From contig JBDREN010000100.1 in NCBI GenBank assembly GCA_043819795.1, positions 1 to 62,031 of the forward strand: 62,031 nucleotides of DNA, given 5' to 3'. The notes under the pieces are model-generated. The model did not search any database. It was given only the letters and a program-made list of their open reading frames with translations, and was not told where the DNA came from. Origin of the DNA: Elusimicrobiota bacterium (GTDB lineage Bacteria > Elusimicrobiota > Elusimicrobia > UBA1565). The position numbers were made by a program, and so were the translations under genes. The stretch's first letter is position 1. The number at the start of each line of letters is the position of its first letter. Below, in pieces: positions 18,375-28,360 of this stretch.

Positions 18375-20426
18375 ATGGTGAGACGACTCGTTTCCGAATG
18401 GCTCGCCCCCTTCGGTCAGCCCCATTTCCGCAAGCCCATGCAATGGGCTGAGAACCTCCGGCCGAACGCGGAGGGCGAGCTGACCGCCGACCTTCCGCAT
18501 GCCCTGCAGGAGAGCATCCGAAACGCGCAGGCGGCCCTCCTCAGGAAGCAGAACGCCCATGACGGCTACTGGTGCGCGGAGCTGCGGGCCGACACCACGC
18601 TCGAGTCCGACACCATCATGCTGCTCAACTTCCTCGGACAGGGGGACTCCCCCAAAGTCCCGAGGCTGGCCCGGTACATCCTCGGCGAGCAGCTGCAGGA
18701 CGGGGGCTGGCCCATTTACAAGAACGGTCCCGCCGACATCTCGGCCACGGTGAAAGCCTACTGGGCCCTGAAGTTCGCCGGCTATGACGCGGACCATCCC
18801 TCTCTGGCCAAGGCGCGCGCCCGGATACGGGAGCTGGGCGGCATCCACCACGTCAACACCTACTCGAAGTTCTACATGGCGGTCTTCGGCATCTACGACT
18901 GGCGCGGCGTGCCCTCGATCCCGCCCGAGATCATGGTGTTCCCGAACTGGTTCTATTTCAACATCTACGAGATGTCGTCGTGGACGCGGGCCATCGTCGT
19001 CCCCCTATCGATCACCTGGGCCGAGCGACCGAAGGTCAGCTGCCCGCCGCACGCGCGCCTCACCGAGCTCTTCCCGGACTCGCGGCGCCACATCCCCCTC
19101 GGCGAGACCCTGCCGCCGCGCCGGTTCCTCTCGTGGACCAACTTCTTCCTGCTCTGGGACAAGGGACTCAAGGGGATGGAGGGAAGAGGCCCGCACTGGA
19201 TCCGCAAATGGGCGCTGCGGCTCGCGGAGGAATGGATCCTCGAGCGCCTCAAAGGCTCCGACGGGCTGGGCGCCATCTTCCCCGGCATCGTCAACACCAT
19301 CATGGCGATGAAGTCGCTGCGCTACAGCGACAACGACCCGCGCCTGCGCGAGCAGATACGCCTGCTCGAGGACCTCGAGATCGACCGGGGGGAGAAGCTC
19401 GAGATGGAGCCCTGCCACTCGCCGGTGTGGGACACGGCCATCGCGATGATCGGCCTGGCCGAGTCCGGGATGGATCGGCGGCATCCGGCGCTCGTGCGAG
19501 CGGCCGGCTGGCTGCTCGCCAACGAGATCCGGCGTCCCGGCGACTGGCGCATCAAGAATACCGTGGGCCCCTCCGGCGGATGGGCCTTCGAGTTCAACAA
19601 CGCGTTCTATCCGGATATCGACGATACGGCCATGGTCATGCTGGCCCTGCGCCACGTCGATCTCGAGGAAACGCTCGCCCTCCGAAGGGAGAAGGCCTGC
19701 CTGCGCGGCCTGCATTGGCTGCTCTCGATGCAGTCGAACGACGGCGGCTGGGCCGCTTTCGACAAGGACAACACGAAGCTCATCCTCACGAAGATCCCCT
19801 TCGCCGATCACAACGCGATGATCGACCCGCCGACGGTCGATATCACCGGGCGCGTCCTGGAGTTCCTCGGCTACATCGGCTACGACACGTCCTACGCCTG
19901 CGTCGGCTCGGCCGTCGACTTCCTGCGCCGCGAGCAGGAGCCGGACGGCTCCTGGTTCGGCCGGTGGTGCGTGAACTACATCTATGGGACCTGGCAGGTG
20001 CTGCGCGGCCTGCGCGCGATCGGCTACGACATGAGCCTCCCCTTCATCCAAAAGGCGGCCAACTGGCTCGTGTCGGTGCAGCAGCCCGACGGCGGATGGG
20101 GCGAGACGTGCGCCACTTATAACGACCCCGCCTTGAAGGGCCGGGGGCCGACCACGCCCTCGCAGACCGCGTGGGCCGTGATGGGGCTGATGGCGGCCGG
20201 TAGAGCGGACGATCCGGCCGTGGGACTCGGGATCGCGCACCTTATCTCGACCCAGCGGCCGGACGGCACCTGGGACGAAACCGAGTTCACCGGGACCGGG
20301 TTCCCCAAGGTATTCTACCTCGAGTACTCGCTCTATCGCGACAGCTTCCCGCTGACCGCCCTCGGCATGTTCCAGAACGAGCGCCGCAATCTGCGGCAGC
20401 CCCTGGCGCCCCTAATGATCGTGTAG
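18375..20426 (+). CDS. shc: Squalene-hopene cyclase
   Basis: YPDIDDTA (DxDD) and multiple QW motifs (QLQDGGW, QSNDGGW, QEPDGSW, QQPDGGW, QRPDGTW); GTGFPKVFYL. Confidence 0.97.
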   Translation: MVRRLVSEWLAPFGQPHFRKPMQWAENLRPNAEGELTADLPHALQESIRNAQAALLRKQNAHDGYWCAELRADTTLESDTIMLLNFLGQGDSPKVPRLARYILGEQLQDGGWPIYKNGPADISATVKAYWALKFAGYDADHPSLAKARARIRELGGIHHVNTYSKFYMAVFGIYDWRGVPSIPPEIMVFPNWFYFNIYEMSSWTRAIVVPLSITWAERPKVSCPPHARLTELFPDSRRHIPLGETLPPRRFLSWTNFFLLWDKGLKGMEGRGPHWIRKWALRLAEEWILERLKGSDGLGAIFPGIVNTIMAMKSLRYSDNDPRLREQIRLLEDLEIDRGEKLEMEPCHSPVWDTAIAMIGLAESGMDRRHPALVRAAGWLLANEIRRPGDWRIKNTVGPSGGWAFEFNNAFYPDIDDTAMVMLALRHVDLEETLALRREKACLRGLHWLLSMQSNDGGWAAFDKDNTKLILTKIPFADHNAMIDPPTVDITGRVLEFLGYIGYDTSYACVGSAVDFLRREQEPDGSWFGRWCVNYIYGTWQVLRGLRAIGYDMSLPFIQKAANWLVSVQQPDGGWGETCATYNDPALKGRGPTTPSQTAWAVMGLMAAGRADDPAVGLGIAHLISTQRPDGTWDETEFTGTGFPKVFYLEYSLYRDSFPLTALGMFQNERRNLRQPLAPLMIV

Positions 20427-20429
20427 CGT

Positions 20430-21572
20430 ATGGCGGTTCCCTTCCGGATGCAAATGGCCGTTTTCAGGTACATCCTCGCCCAGAAGCTCAAGGGAGTGGA
20501 GAAGTACCCGCTCGTCTTGATGCTCGAGCCGCTGCTCGCCTGCAACCTGCAGTGCGGCGGCTGCGGCAAGGTCCAGTACCCCGCGGACATACTCAAGAAG
20601 CGGCTGAGCCCGGAGCAGTGCTGGAAGGCGGCCGAAGAGTGCGGCGCGCCCATCGTCTCCATCGCGGGCGGCGAGCCGCTGGCCCATGCGCGGATCGACG
20701 AGATCGCGCGCGGGCTGATGGCCCGCGGCAAGTACATCTTCCTCTGCACCAACGCGATCCTGCTCGAGCGCAACCTCCACCGTTTCTCCCCCTCTGGGCA
20801 GCTCGTGTTCAACATACATCTCGACGGGGTGGAGAAGACCCACGACCGCACGGTCTCCCGGAGCGGGGTCCACAAGACCGCCGTCGCGGCGATCCGCAAG
20901 GCGAAGTCCCTGGGCCACAACGTGATGACCAACTCCACGGTCTACCAAGGCGAGAGCTCCGAGGAGTTCCGGCGGTTCTTCGACGAAACCATGTCCCTGG
21001 GCGTCGACGGGATGACGATCTCCCCCGGCTACGCCTACAGGAAAGCCCCCCGACAGGAGCTCTTCCTCGAGCGGGAGCAGACGAGGAGCTGGTTCCGGGA
21101 GACGCTCAAGGATTGGCGCAAGAAGGGATGGGAGTTCAACCACAGCCCGTTCTATCTCGATTTCCTAGAGGGCAAGCGCGATTACGACTGCACGCCTTGG
21201 GGTAATCCGCTGCGCAGCGTCTTCGGCTGGCAGCGGCCCTGCTACCTGATGGCGGACGGAGGCTACGCCGAAACGTACGAGGAATTACTCGAAACAACGC
21301 GATGGGAGACGTACGGCCAGAAGTCCGGCAACGTGAAATGCGCCAACTGCATGGTCCACGTCGGCTACGAGCCCTCGGCCGTGATCGACGCCTTCTCGAG
21401 CCCCGGGAAGTTCCTCGAGTTGGTGCTCGACATCGCGACAATCTCGGGGCCCAAGAAGGCGAAGTCCCGCGCCGGCATTCCGGCGGGTCCGCCCCCCTCG
21501 CCCCATCCCTCCGGGACGACCGTCTCCGCCGGCGATGGCTCGCCGGCCCGCGGCGGCACGGGCCCCTCCTGA
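20430..21572 (+). CDS. hpnH: Hopanoid radical SAM protein (adenosylhopane formation)
   Basis: YPLVLMLEPLLACNLQCGGCGK (CxxxCxxC), CTPWGNP, GWQRPCYL and CANCMVH. Confidence 0.95.
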   Translation: MAVPFRMQMAVFRYILAQKLKGVEKYPLVLMLEPLLACNLQCGGCGKVQYPADILKKRLSPEQCWKAAEECGAPIVSIAGGEPLAHARIDEIARGLMARGKYIFLCTNAILLERNLHRFSPSGQLVFNIHLDGVEKTHDRTVSRSGVHKTAVAAIRKAKSLGHNVMTNSTVYQGESSEEFRRFFDETMSLGVDGMTISPGYAYRKAPRQELFLEREQTRSWFRETLKDWRKKGWEFNHSPFYLDFLEGKRDYDCTPWGNPLRSVFGWQRPCYLMADGGYAETYEELLETTRWETYGQKSGNVKCANCMVHVGYEPSAVIDAFSSPGKFLELVLDIATISGPKKAKSRAGIPAGPPPSPHPSGTTVSAGDGSPARGGTGPS

Positions 21573-21582
21573 ACTCGAAACC

Positions 21583-22623
21583 ATGGACACCGCCTTCCTC
21601 ACCGGGGCGACCGGCTTCATCGGAGCCAACCTGGTCCGGACTCTTCTGGAGAAGGGCCTCAAGGTGCGGGCCCTCGCGCGCCCGGGCGGCAACCGGAAAA
21701 ACATCGAGGGCCTACCCGTCGATATCGTCGAAGGAGACCTCCTTGATCGCCGGACCCTGCTGGACGGATGCCGGGGCGCGCGATACGTCTTCCACGTGGC
21801 GGCCGACTACCGCATCTGGGTGCCGGATCCCGAGGCCATGTACGCCGCCAACGTCGAGGGCACGGTGAACGTCATGAAGGCCGCCGGCGCCGCGGGAGTC
21901 GAGCGCGTGGTCCACTGCTCGAGCGTCGCGGCCGTCAAACCGCTGCCGGGGGGCGCCGCTTCCGAGGACTCCCACTACGCGGGAGCCCGCGAGATCATCG
22001 GCCCATACAAGAAGTCCAAGTGGCTCTCCGAGCGCGCGGCCCTCGAGACGGCCCGCGAGGGCGTGCCGGTCGTCGTCGTGAACCCGGCCGCCCCTATCGG
22101 ACCCCGCGACGTCAAGCCGACACCGACCGGGAAGATCGTCGTCGATTTCCTGAACCGGCGGATGCCCTCATACGTCGACACCGGGCTCAACGTCGTCCAC
22201 GTGCGTGACGTCGCCGAGGGACACTACCTGGCCGCGCTCAAGGGCGCGGTGGGCCAACGCTACATCCTCGGCTGCGAAAACCTCACGCTGAAGCGCATCC
22301 TGGACATCCTCAGCGATGTGACGGGCCTGCCGGCGCCGCGCTTCAAGACCCCGTACGCGCTCGCCTGGGCTTTCGGAGCGCTGGATTCGGCCCGGCTTCG
22401 GCTGTTCGGGGGGACGCCGATCGCGCCTCTTGACGCGGTCCGCATGGCCCGCCACCGGATGTTCTACGATTCCGGCAAAGCCGTCCGGGAGTTGGGCCTG
22501 CCGCAGACGCCGGCGCGCACGGCGCTGCGGGACGCGGCCGACTGGTTCTGCGGCAACGGGTACGCCCCGCTTCACCCTAAAGCAGCGGACCGGGCCGCGG
22601 ACGAGCGCATCGCCGCTCCGTAA
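21583..22623 (+). CDS. hpnA: Hopanoid-associated NAD-dependent epimerase/reductase
   Basis: TGATGFIG, FHVAADYR, YKKSK, GPRDVKPTPTG, and gene context. Confidence 0.92.
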   Translation: MDTAFLTGATGFIGANLVRTLLEKGLKVRALARPGGNRKNIEGLPVDIVEGDLLDRRTLLDGCRGARYVFHVAADYRIWVPDPEAMYAANVEGTVNVMKAAGAAGVERVVHCSSVAAVKPLPGGAASEDSHYAGAREIIGPYKKSKWLSERAALETAREGVPVVVVNPAAPIGPRDVKPTPTGKIVVDFLNRRMPSYVDTGLNVVHVRDVAEGHYLAALKGAVGQRYILGCENLTLKRILDILSDVTGLPAPRFKTPYALAWAFGALDSARLRLFGGTPIAPLDAVRMARHRMFYDSGKAVRELGLPQTPARTALRDAADWFCGNGYAPLHPKAADRAADERIAAP

Positions 22624-22631
22624 AGCTCTTG

Positions 22632-23312
22632 ATGATCGTCATAACAGCCGCGACCCCCTGGGAAGCCCGGCCTCTGGCCAAGGACCTCCGGCTCACGTTC
22701 GCCGGCGGGCAGCCCCGGGTGTACCGGGGCCGGTGCCGGGGCGGGGGCCGGGACATCGCCCTGGTGGAGACGGGCGTCGGGCCCGAGAACACCGTGGCGG
22801 CTCTCAGTGGCCTGGGCGGGCCGGTCGAGACGGTGATCAGCTCGGGCCTGGCGGGCGCGCTTCAGCCCGGCATCCTCTCCGGGGACATCGTCGTGGACCC
22901 GCACGGGGCGCCCCTCCGCTACGTCCAAGACGCCCGGCGCGTGGCCGCGGACGCGGGCCTGACGCTCCACTTGGGGGTCCTTGTCTCCGCGGACCGAGTG
23001 ATCGGCTCTCCCGCCGCCAAGCGGACCCTGGGCGCCGAGAAGCGGGCGGTGGCCGTGGACATGGAAAGCTCCTGCTCCCGCGCCTGGGCCGAGGACGTCG
23101 GCGCGGAGTTCATCGTGGTGCGGGGGGTCCTGGACGCATTGGGCCAGCGCCTGCCCGAGGGCGTCCCGGAGAGCGACTCGACGGCGGACCTGGCCCGATA
23201 CGCCCTCGCGCGCTGGAGGGACCTGCCGCTTCTGCTGCGCCTGGCATGGCTCAAGCGCCGCAGCATGGGGCGGCTGGGTCGATTCCTGACGCGTTTCTTG
23301 GAGGCCGCATAG
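22632..23312 (+). CDS. hpnG: Hopanoid-associated nucleoside phosphorylase-like protein
   Basis: TGVG, SSGLAGAL and AVDMES purine-phosphorylase motifs within the hpn cluster. Confidence 0.75.
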   Translation: MIVITAATPWEARPLAKDLRLTFAGGQPRVYRGRCRGGGRDIALVETGVGPENTVAALSGLGGPVETVISSGLAGALQPGILSGDIVVDPHGAPLRYVQDARRVAADAGLTLHLGVLVSADRVIGSPAAKRTLGAEKRAVAVDMESSCSRAWAEDVGAEFIVVRGVLDALGQRLPEGVPESDSTADLARYALARWRDLPLLLRLAWLKRRSMGRLGRFLTRFLEAA

Positions 23313-23315
23313 AGT

Positions 23316-24269
23316 ATGAGGATGAAGAAGACGCTGCAGCGCTACATGAAGACCCGCGCCGCCTGGGTGGACCGGGAGATCGAACGCCTGATCGCCCACA
23401 ACGCCCCCAGCGCCATCCCCTTCCTTCAGCCGATGCCGGTCACCATGCACAACGCCATGCGCTACTCGCTTTTGGCCGGCGGCAAGCGGCTGCGCCCCGT
23501 GCTCGTCATGGCCGCGGCGGAATGCTGCGGACTCACCGCACGCCGCGTGGTCAAGACGGCCTGCGCGCTCGAGATGATCCATACCTATTCGCTCATACAC
23601 GACGACTTGCCGGCCATGGACGACGACGATCTCCGCCGCGGCCACCCGACCAGCCACAGGGTCTTCGGCGAGGCCATCGCGATCCTGGCCGGCGACGGGC
23701 TGCTGACCCTCGCTTTCGAGACGGCCGCCGAGAACGCCCTGAGCCTCCGGCTCTCCGGGCCGGCCTCGGCGGAGCTCATCCGCGTCATCGCGGCCGGCGC
23801 CGGCGTGCGCGGCATGGTCGGCGGGCAGGCAGCCGACCTCGGCGCCGAAGGCTATCCCCGGCGAGCCCTCCGCGGCGTCGGGCGCGCGAGGGCCCGAAAG
23901 CTCCTTGAGTACATCCACACCCACAAGACCGCGGCGCTCATCACGGCCAGCCTCGAGGCGGGCGCCATCCTGGCCGGGGCGAAGACGGCCAAGCGGCGGG
24001 CTCTGCGCGATTACGGCCTGGCGATCGGCCTGGCGTTCCAGATCGCCGACGATCTTCTCGACCGCGTCGGCGACAAAAGGAAGCTCGGCAAGCGCGGCTC
24101 GGACCTCGACAACGAGAAGCTCACCTACCCGCGGCTCTACGGGATGGAGGGCTCGAGCCAGCTCGCCCAGAAGCTGATCGCCCGCGCTCATCGCGACCTC
24201 ACGCGCTTCGGCCGCCGGGCGACGCCGCTCCACGAGCTGGCCGACTACATCATCACGCGCGACCGCTGA
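23316..24269 (+). CDS. ispA: Farnesyl/geranylgeranyl diphosphate synthase
   Basis: GGKRLRP, HDDLPAMDDDDLRRG, GQAAD and FQIADD motifs. Confidence 0.93.
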   Translation: MRMKKTLQRYMKTRAAWVDREIERLIAHNAPSAIPFLQPMPVTMHNAMRYSLLAGGKRLRPVLVMAAAECCGLTARRVVKTACALEMIHTYSLIHDDLPAMDDDDLRRGHPTSHRVFGEAIAILAGDGLLTLAFETAAENALSLRLSGPASAELIRVIAAGAGVRGMVGGQAADLGAEGYPRRALRGVGRARARKLLEYIHTHKTAALITASLEAGAILAGAKTAKRRALRDYGLAIGLAFQIADDLLDRVGDKRKLGKRGSDLDNEKLTYPRLYGMEGSSQLAQKLIARAHRDLTRFGRRATPLHELADYIITRDR

Positions 24270-24292
24270 GCCCTTATCGTCGCGGACCCTTA

Positions 24293-24301
24293 TGCTATAA
24301 T
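24293..24301 (+). promoter_or_regulatory. Extended -10 promoter of dxs
   Basis: TGCTATAAT, with a GGAGG RBS before ATG 24360. Confidence 0.6.
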
Positions 24302-24359
24302 CGGCGCTTATTCCCGGGGGCCGCGAGAGCGGCACGGCCGGGACGGAGGAATACCTCAG

Positions 24360-26303
24360 ATGGAGTTACTGCGGACGATCGACAGCCCCGAAGACCTGCG
24401 GGCCCTGCCCGAGGACAAACTGCAGGACACGGCCCGGGAGGTTCGCCAGTGGATACTGGACTGCGTCTCCAAAACGGGCGGGCACCTCGCCCCCAGCCTG
24501 GGCGCGACGGAGATCACTACCGCGCTCCACTACGTCTTCGATACGCCGCGCGACAGACTCGTATGGGACACCGGCCATCAGGCCTACGCGCACAAGGTCT
24601 TGACGGGCCGCCGTGAGCAGCTCAAGCGGATACGGCAGTTCGGCGGGATCTCGGGCTTCCCGAAGCGCAGCGAGTCGGAGTACGACACCTTCGGAGCCGG
24701 CCACGCCTCGACGGCCATATCCGCCTCGCTGGGCATGGCCGTGGCCCGAGACCTCAAGGGCGAGAAATCGAAAGTCGTCGCGGTCGTCTCCGACGGCTGC
24801 ATCACCGGAGGCGAATCCTACGAGGGCCTGCAGAACGCGGGACAGCTCCAGACGGATCTCATCGTCGTCCTCAACGACAACCAGATGTTCATCTCCCAGA
24901 AGGTCGGCGCGATGAGCGCCTTCCTGACGCGGCTCTTGACGCTGGGCGCCGTCCGCAACGCCCAGAAGGAGGTCGAGAAGTTCCTGGCCCGCTTCAAGTT
25001 CTGGGGCGCGGTCATCCTCCGCCTCGCCAAGCGCGCCAAGGTCCTGCTCTTCCCCGGGATGCTCTTCGAGGAGATGGGCTTCGCTTATTTCGGCCCCATC
25101 GACGGGCACGACGTCCTCCAGCTCGTGAACGTCTTCCGGCACATCAAGCACCTCAAGGGCCCGGTCCTCATCCACTGCGTGACGAAGAAAGGAAAGGGCT
25201 ACTCGATCGCCGAGAAAGATCCGACCCGGTGGCACGGCACGGGCAAGTTCGAGCTCGAGACCGGAAAGAAGATGAAATCCGCCAAGCCGTTGCCGCCGAC
25301 CTACACCGAGACCTTCTCGAAGGCGCTGGTCAAGCTGGGCGAGGAGGACCCGCGGATCGTCGCGATCACGGCCGCGATGCCCGAAGGGACCGGCACCGAC
25401 GGCTTCCGCGAGCGCTTCCCGAAGCGATTCTTCGACGTGGGCCTCGCCGAGCAGCACGCGGTCACCTTCGCCGGAGGCCTGGCCTGCGAAGGCTACCGCC
25501 CGGTCGCCGCCATCTACTCGACCTTCCTGCAGAGAGGCTTCGACCAGATCGAGAACGATATCTGCCTGCAAAAGCTGCCGGTCGTCTTCGCGCTCGACCG
25601 CGGCGGGCTCGTCGGCGGCGACGGGCCGACCCACCACGGGGCCTTCGACTACTCGTACCTGCGCATGATCCCGCACATGACGATCATGGCTCCGGCCGAC
25701 GAGAACGAGCTGCAGCACATGCTGAAGACCGCTCTCGCGCTCAACGCCCCGGCCGCGCTCCGCTACCCGCGCGGCGAGGGCGTCGGCGTGCCGATCGACC
25801 CCGTGATGGAGACCCTTCCGATCGGAAAGGGCCTGCGCGTGCGCGACGGGCACGACGTCACGATCGCGGCCATCGGCAACCGCGTTCACCCGGCGCTCGA
25901 GGCCGCTCGGATACTGGATACCTGGGGGATCTCCGCGGGCGTGCTCAACATGCGCTTCGTCAAGCCGATGGACCGGGACCTCCTTCTCCAGGCCATCGAG
26001 AAGACCCCGCTGCTCGTCACGGTCGAGGACAACGTCATCGCCGGAGGCTTCGGCTCGGCCGTTCTGGAGACCATCAACCAGGCCAACGCCCTCATCGGCC
26101 GCTCCCTGGCCTCGAAGGGGGCGAAGAGGCCGGTCTCGGTGCTGCGCCTCGGTATCGCGGACAGGTTCGTGACGCACGGCAAGCAGGAAGAGCTCTACGA
26201 TATGCTCGGGATCGACGCGAAGGGCATCGCCAAGCGGACGGCCCAGTGGCTCGGCGTCGGCGCGAAGCCTTCCGTCGAGGCGCGGGACAAGCGCCGAAAG
26301 TGA
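24360..26303 (+). CDS. dxs: 1-deoxy-D-xylulose-5-phosphate synthase
   Basis: GGHLAPSLG, WDTGHQAY, GPIDGH, AEQHAVT and DGPTHHG. Confidence 0.97.
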   Translation: MELLRTIDSPEDLRALPEDKLQDTAREVRQWILDCVSKTGGHLAPSLGATEITTALHYVFDTPRDRLVWDTGHQAYAHKVLTGRREQLKRIRQFGGISGFPKRSESEYDTFGAGHASTAISASLGMAVARDLKGEKSKVVAVVSDGCITGGESYEGLQNAGQLQTDLIVVLNDNQMFISQKVGAMSAFLTRLLTLGAVRNAQKEVEKFLARFKFWGAVILRLAKRAKVLLFPGMLFEEMGFAYFGPIDGHDVLQLVNVFRHIKHLKGPVLIHCVTKKGKGYSIAEKDPTRWHGTGKFELETGKKMKSAKPLPPTYTETFSKALVKLGEEDPRIVAITAAMPEGTGTDGFRERFPKRFFDVGLAEQHAVTFAGGLACEGYRPVAAIYSTFLQRGFDQIENDICLQKLPVVFALDRGGLVGGDGPTHHGAFDYSYLRMIPHMTIMAPADENELQHMLKTALALNAPAALRYPRGEGVGVPIDPVMETLPIGKGLRVRDGHDVTIAAIGNRVHPALEAARILDTWGISAGVLNMRFVKPMDRDLLLQAIEKTPLLVTVEDNVIAGGFGSAVLETINQANALIGRSLASKGAKRPVSVLRLGIADRFVTHGKQEELYDMLGIDAKGIAKRTAQWLGVGAKPSVEARDKRRK

Positions 26304-26307
26304 GTCA

Positions 26308-26401
26308 GCCGCCCCCCCCACGGGGGGCGGCTTAAGTAGGGGGGCGCGATGGCTCAGCCCCCTCCCATCCCCGCGCCCCTCCCCGCGGGGGAGAGGCGCG
26401 C
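26308..26401. repeat. REP-like composite palindromic repeat, copy 2 (inverted relative to copy 1)
   Basis: Hairpin GCCGCCCCCC..GGGGGGCGGC plus a 44-nt unit that is the reverse complement of 16464-16508. Confidence 0.8.
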
Positions 26402-26412
26402 ACTCCCCCCTC

Positions 26413-27156
26413 CTACTCCCGCTTCCCTCCCCCTGGGGGAGGGAAGCGTTCTGGCATCTCCAGGATCCTTCTTAGGATCTCTCCGAGCATGCCGGCCTCG
26501 TCTTTTGCGAGCCCGCGGCGGCGCAGAAGCCGGCGCACCCGCGCCCGCCGCGCCTGCGGCGTCAAGGACTTCCGATATCCGATATGGCCCAGCGCCCGTC
26601 CGGCCAGGTCCACCAGCCGCTGCACCTGAGCGGACGGCGCGCGCGGCCGCTCCGCCGCCGGGATTGAGCCTCGGGACCGCTCAGGCCTCCCCCCCAGCTC
26701 ATAGCACACGATCGCCACTGCCTGGCCGAGATTCATGGAAGGGCAGGACGGCGAGGTCGGGATGCGCAGAAGCGCGTCGCAGTGCTGCAGGTCGCGCGCC
26801 GTCAGGCCGGTCTTCTCGGGGCCGAAGACGAACGCCGTACGCCCGCTTACGAGCCTGCGGCCGGAGCCGGGAAGGTCCCAGACCGGCAGCGCCGGTCTCC
26901 GGCCTTTCAGCGAGCTTGTGGCGAGCACGAGAGTCCGGTCCGCCGTCGCACGGGCCAGGTCCGGATACACCCGCGCCGCCTTGAGGAGAGGCTCCCCTCC
27001 GGGCGCCGACCGCCGCGCCTCCGCCCATACCGGAGGATGCGGCGCGACCACGCGCAGGTCGCGGAAGCCGAAGTTCGACATGGCCCTGGCCGCCGCGCCG
27101 ATGTTGAGCGGGTTGCGCGGGCGAACCAGAACGACGGCGGGGGCCGGATTCGGCAT
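26413..27156 (-). CDS. trmJ: TrmJ/LasT-family tRNA methyltransferase (SPOUT)
   Basis: NIGAAARAMSNFG, FGPEKTGL and SMNLGQAV. Confidence 0.88.
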   Translation of the reverse strand: MPNPAPAVVLVRPRNPLNIGAAARAMSNFGFRDLRVVAPHPPVWAEARRSAPGGEPLLKAARVYPDLARATADRTLVLATSSLKGRRPALPVWDLPGSGRRLVSGRTAFVFGPEKTGLTARDLQHCDALLRIPTSPSCPSMNLGQAVAIVCYELGGRPERSRGSIPAAERPRAPSAQVQRLVDLAGRALGHIGYRKSLTPQARRARVRRLLRRRGLAKDEAGMLGEILRRILEMPERFPPPGGGKRE

Positions 27157-27193
27157 AGTGGCACGGTCCTCCGATTCCGATTATACTAATAGG

Positions 27194-27388
27194 ATGCGCG
27201 ACGGCAAGTGGCTCATGCCCCGGCACCCGAGCCGGGACGTGTTCGAAAAGGATTTCAGGAAGATCGACCTGAATCCCCTCGAGGTCTACTGCCCGGGATG
27301 CCGGTCCGTGGTCCGGATCGGGCGCAGCATGCCGAACGGAAAAGTCGGCGGCTGGTGCTCCAGATGCGACCGGGGCGTCGCGCCCTGA
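27194..27388 (+). CDS. Small zinc-ribbon-like protein (64 aa)
   Basis: MRDGKW..YCPGC..WCSRC has two CxxC pairs, fills the gap between trmJ and trmL, and has TATACT 6 nt before the ATG. Confidence 0.7.
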   Translation: MRDGKWLMPRHPSRDVFEKDFRKIDLNPLEVYCPGCRSVVRIGRSMPNGKVGGWCSRCDRGVAP

Positions 27389-27392
27389 GCCG

Positions 27393-27854
27393 CTACCCCG
27401 CGGTGAGGGTCGTCGTCCGGCGGACGGCCTCATAGAGGACGACGGCGACGGACACGGACAGGTTGAGCGAGCGTATCTTGTCCGAGTGGGGGATGCGATA
27501 GAGGCGGTCGCGATAACGCTCGCGGATCCCGGCCGGCAGCCCCACGGACTCCTTTCCGAACACGAGATAGCTGTCGGGCGCGTAGGAAGCCTCCCAGTAA
27601 AGCTGAGACGCCTCGGCCGAGAAGAACAGCAGCGAGGGGTCGGCCGGGAGGGTCGAGAGGAAGGACTCGAAGTCCTCGTGCCGCCTCACGTCGAGCTTCG
27701 GCCAGTAATCCAAACCCGAACGACGGATCTGGGCGCTGTCGAGCGAGAAGCCGAGCCCCCCCACCAGGTGCAGCGTCGCGTCCGCGCCCACGCAGGTCCT
27801 GCCGACGTTGCCGGTGTTGAAGTGAATCTCAGGCTCGACCAGGACGACGTTCAC
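27393..27854 (-). CDS. trmL: tRNA (cytidine/uridine-34 2'-O)-methyltransferase
   Basis: VLVEPEIHFNTGNVGRTC, RRSGLDYW, FGKESVGL and RSLNLS. The GTG start overlaps the upstream stop. Confidence 0.93.
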   Translation of the reverse strand: MNVVLVEPEIHFNTGNVGRTCVGADATLHLVGGLGFSLDSAQIRRSGLDYWPKLDVRRHEDFESFLSTLPADPSLLFFSAEASQLYWEASYAPDSYLVFGKESVGLPAGIRERYRDRLYRIPHSDKIRSLNLSVSVAVVLYEAVRRTTTLTAG

Positions 27855-28360
27855 GGCCGGGCCGGCTGCTTGGGCGGCGGAGCGCCCCAGACCACGCTCT
27901 CGTGGATCCAGCCCGAGGCGGACTCGAGATCCGAGACCTCGAGCCAAGCCCCCTTCTTGCCGAACACCCGCAGGGAGTATCCCCTGTCGAGGATCCAGAC
28001 GACCTTGCCTCCCGGCGACTCGCGGAGCTTGGCCTCCTTCGGGACCACCTGGACGGTCGGGATGTCCGAGACCACCGACTTATGCATCCAGCCCTCGTCG
28101 CCCTCGAAATCGCGGACGCGCACCCAGGCGCCGCGATAGCCGACGACCTCCACCGCGAAGTACTTCCACATCTTCCAAAGGATCTCGGCGCCTTCCTGGG
28201 GCGCAGCGCGGACGTTGCAGCGCTCGGTCCTCACGCTCAGGAACTCGGGCTCGGCCGCGAACTGCGCCAGGACCGGAACCGCCACGGCCAGGGCGACGGC
28301 CGCCCAGCAGGCCCCGGCCAGAAGTCCGCTTCGGTTCGCGATAGTGTCGGACGCGCTCAT
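27851..28360 (-). CDS. Secreted tandem bacterial SH3-domain protein
   Basis: Signal peptide, then two SH3b repeats (NVRAAP..WVRVRDFEGDEGWMH and LRESP..WLEVSDLESASGWIH). Confidence 0.85.
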   Translation of the reverse strand: MSASDTIANRSGLLAGACWAAVALAVAVPVLAQFAAEPEFLSVRTERCNVRAAPQEGAEILWKMWKYFAVEVVGYRGAWVRVRDFEGDEGWMHKSVVSDIPTVQVVPKEAKLRESPGGKVVWILDRGYSLRVFGKKGAWLEVSDLESASGWIHESVVWGAPPPKQPARP

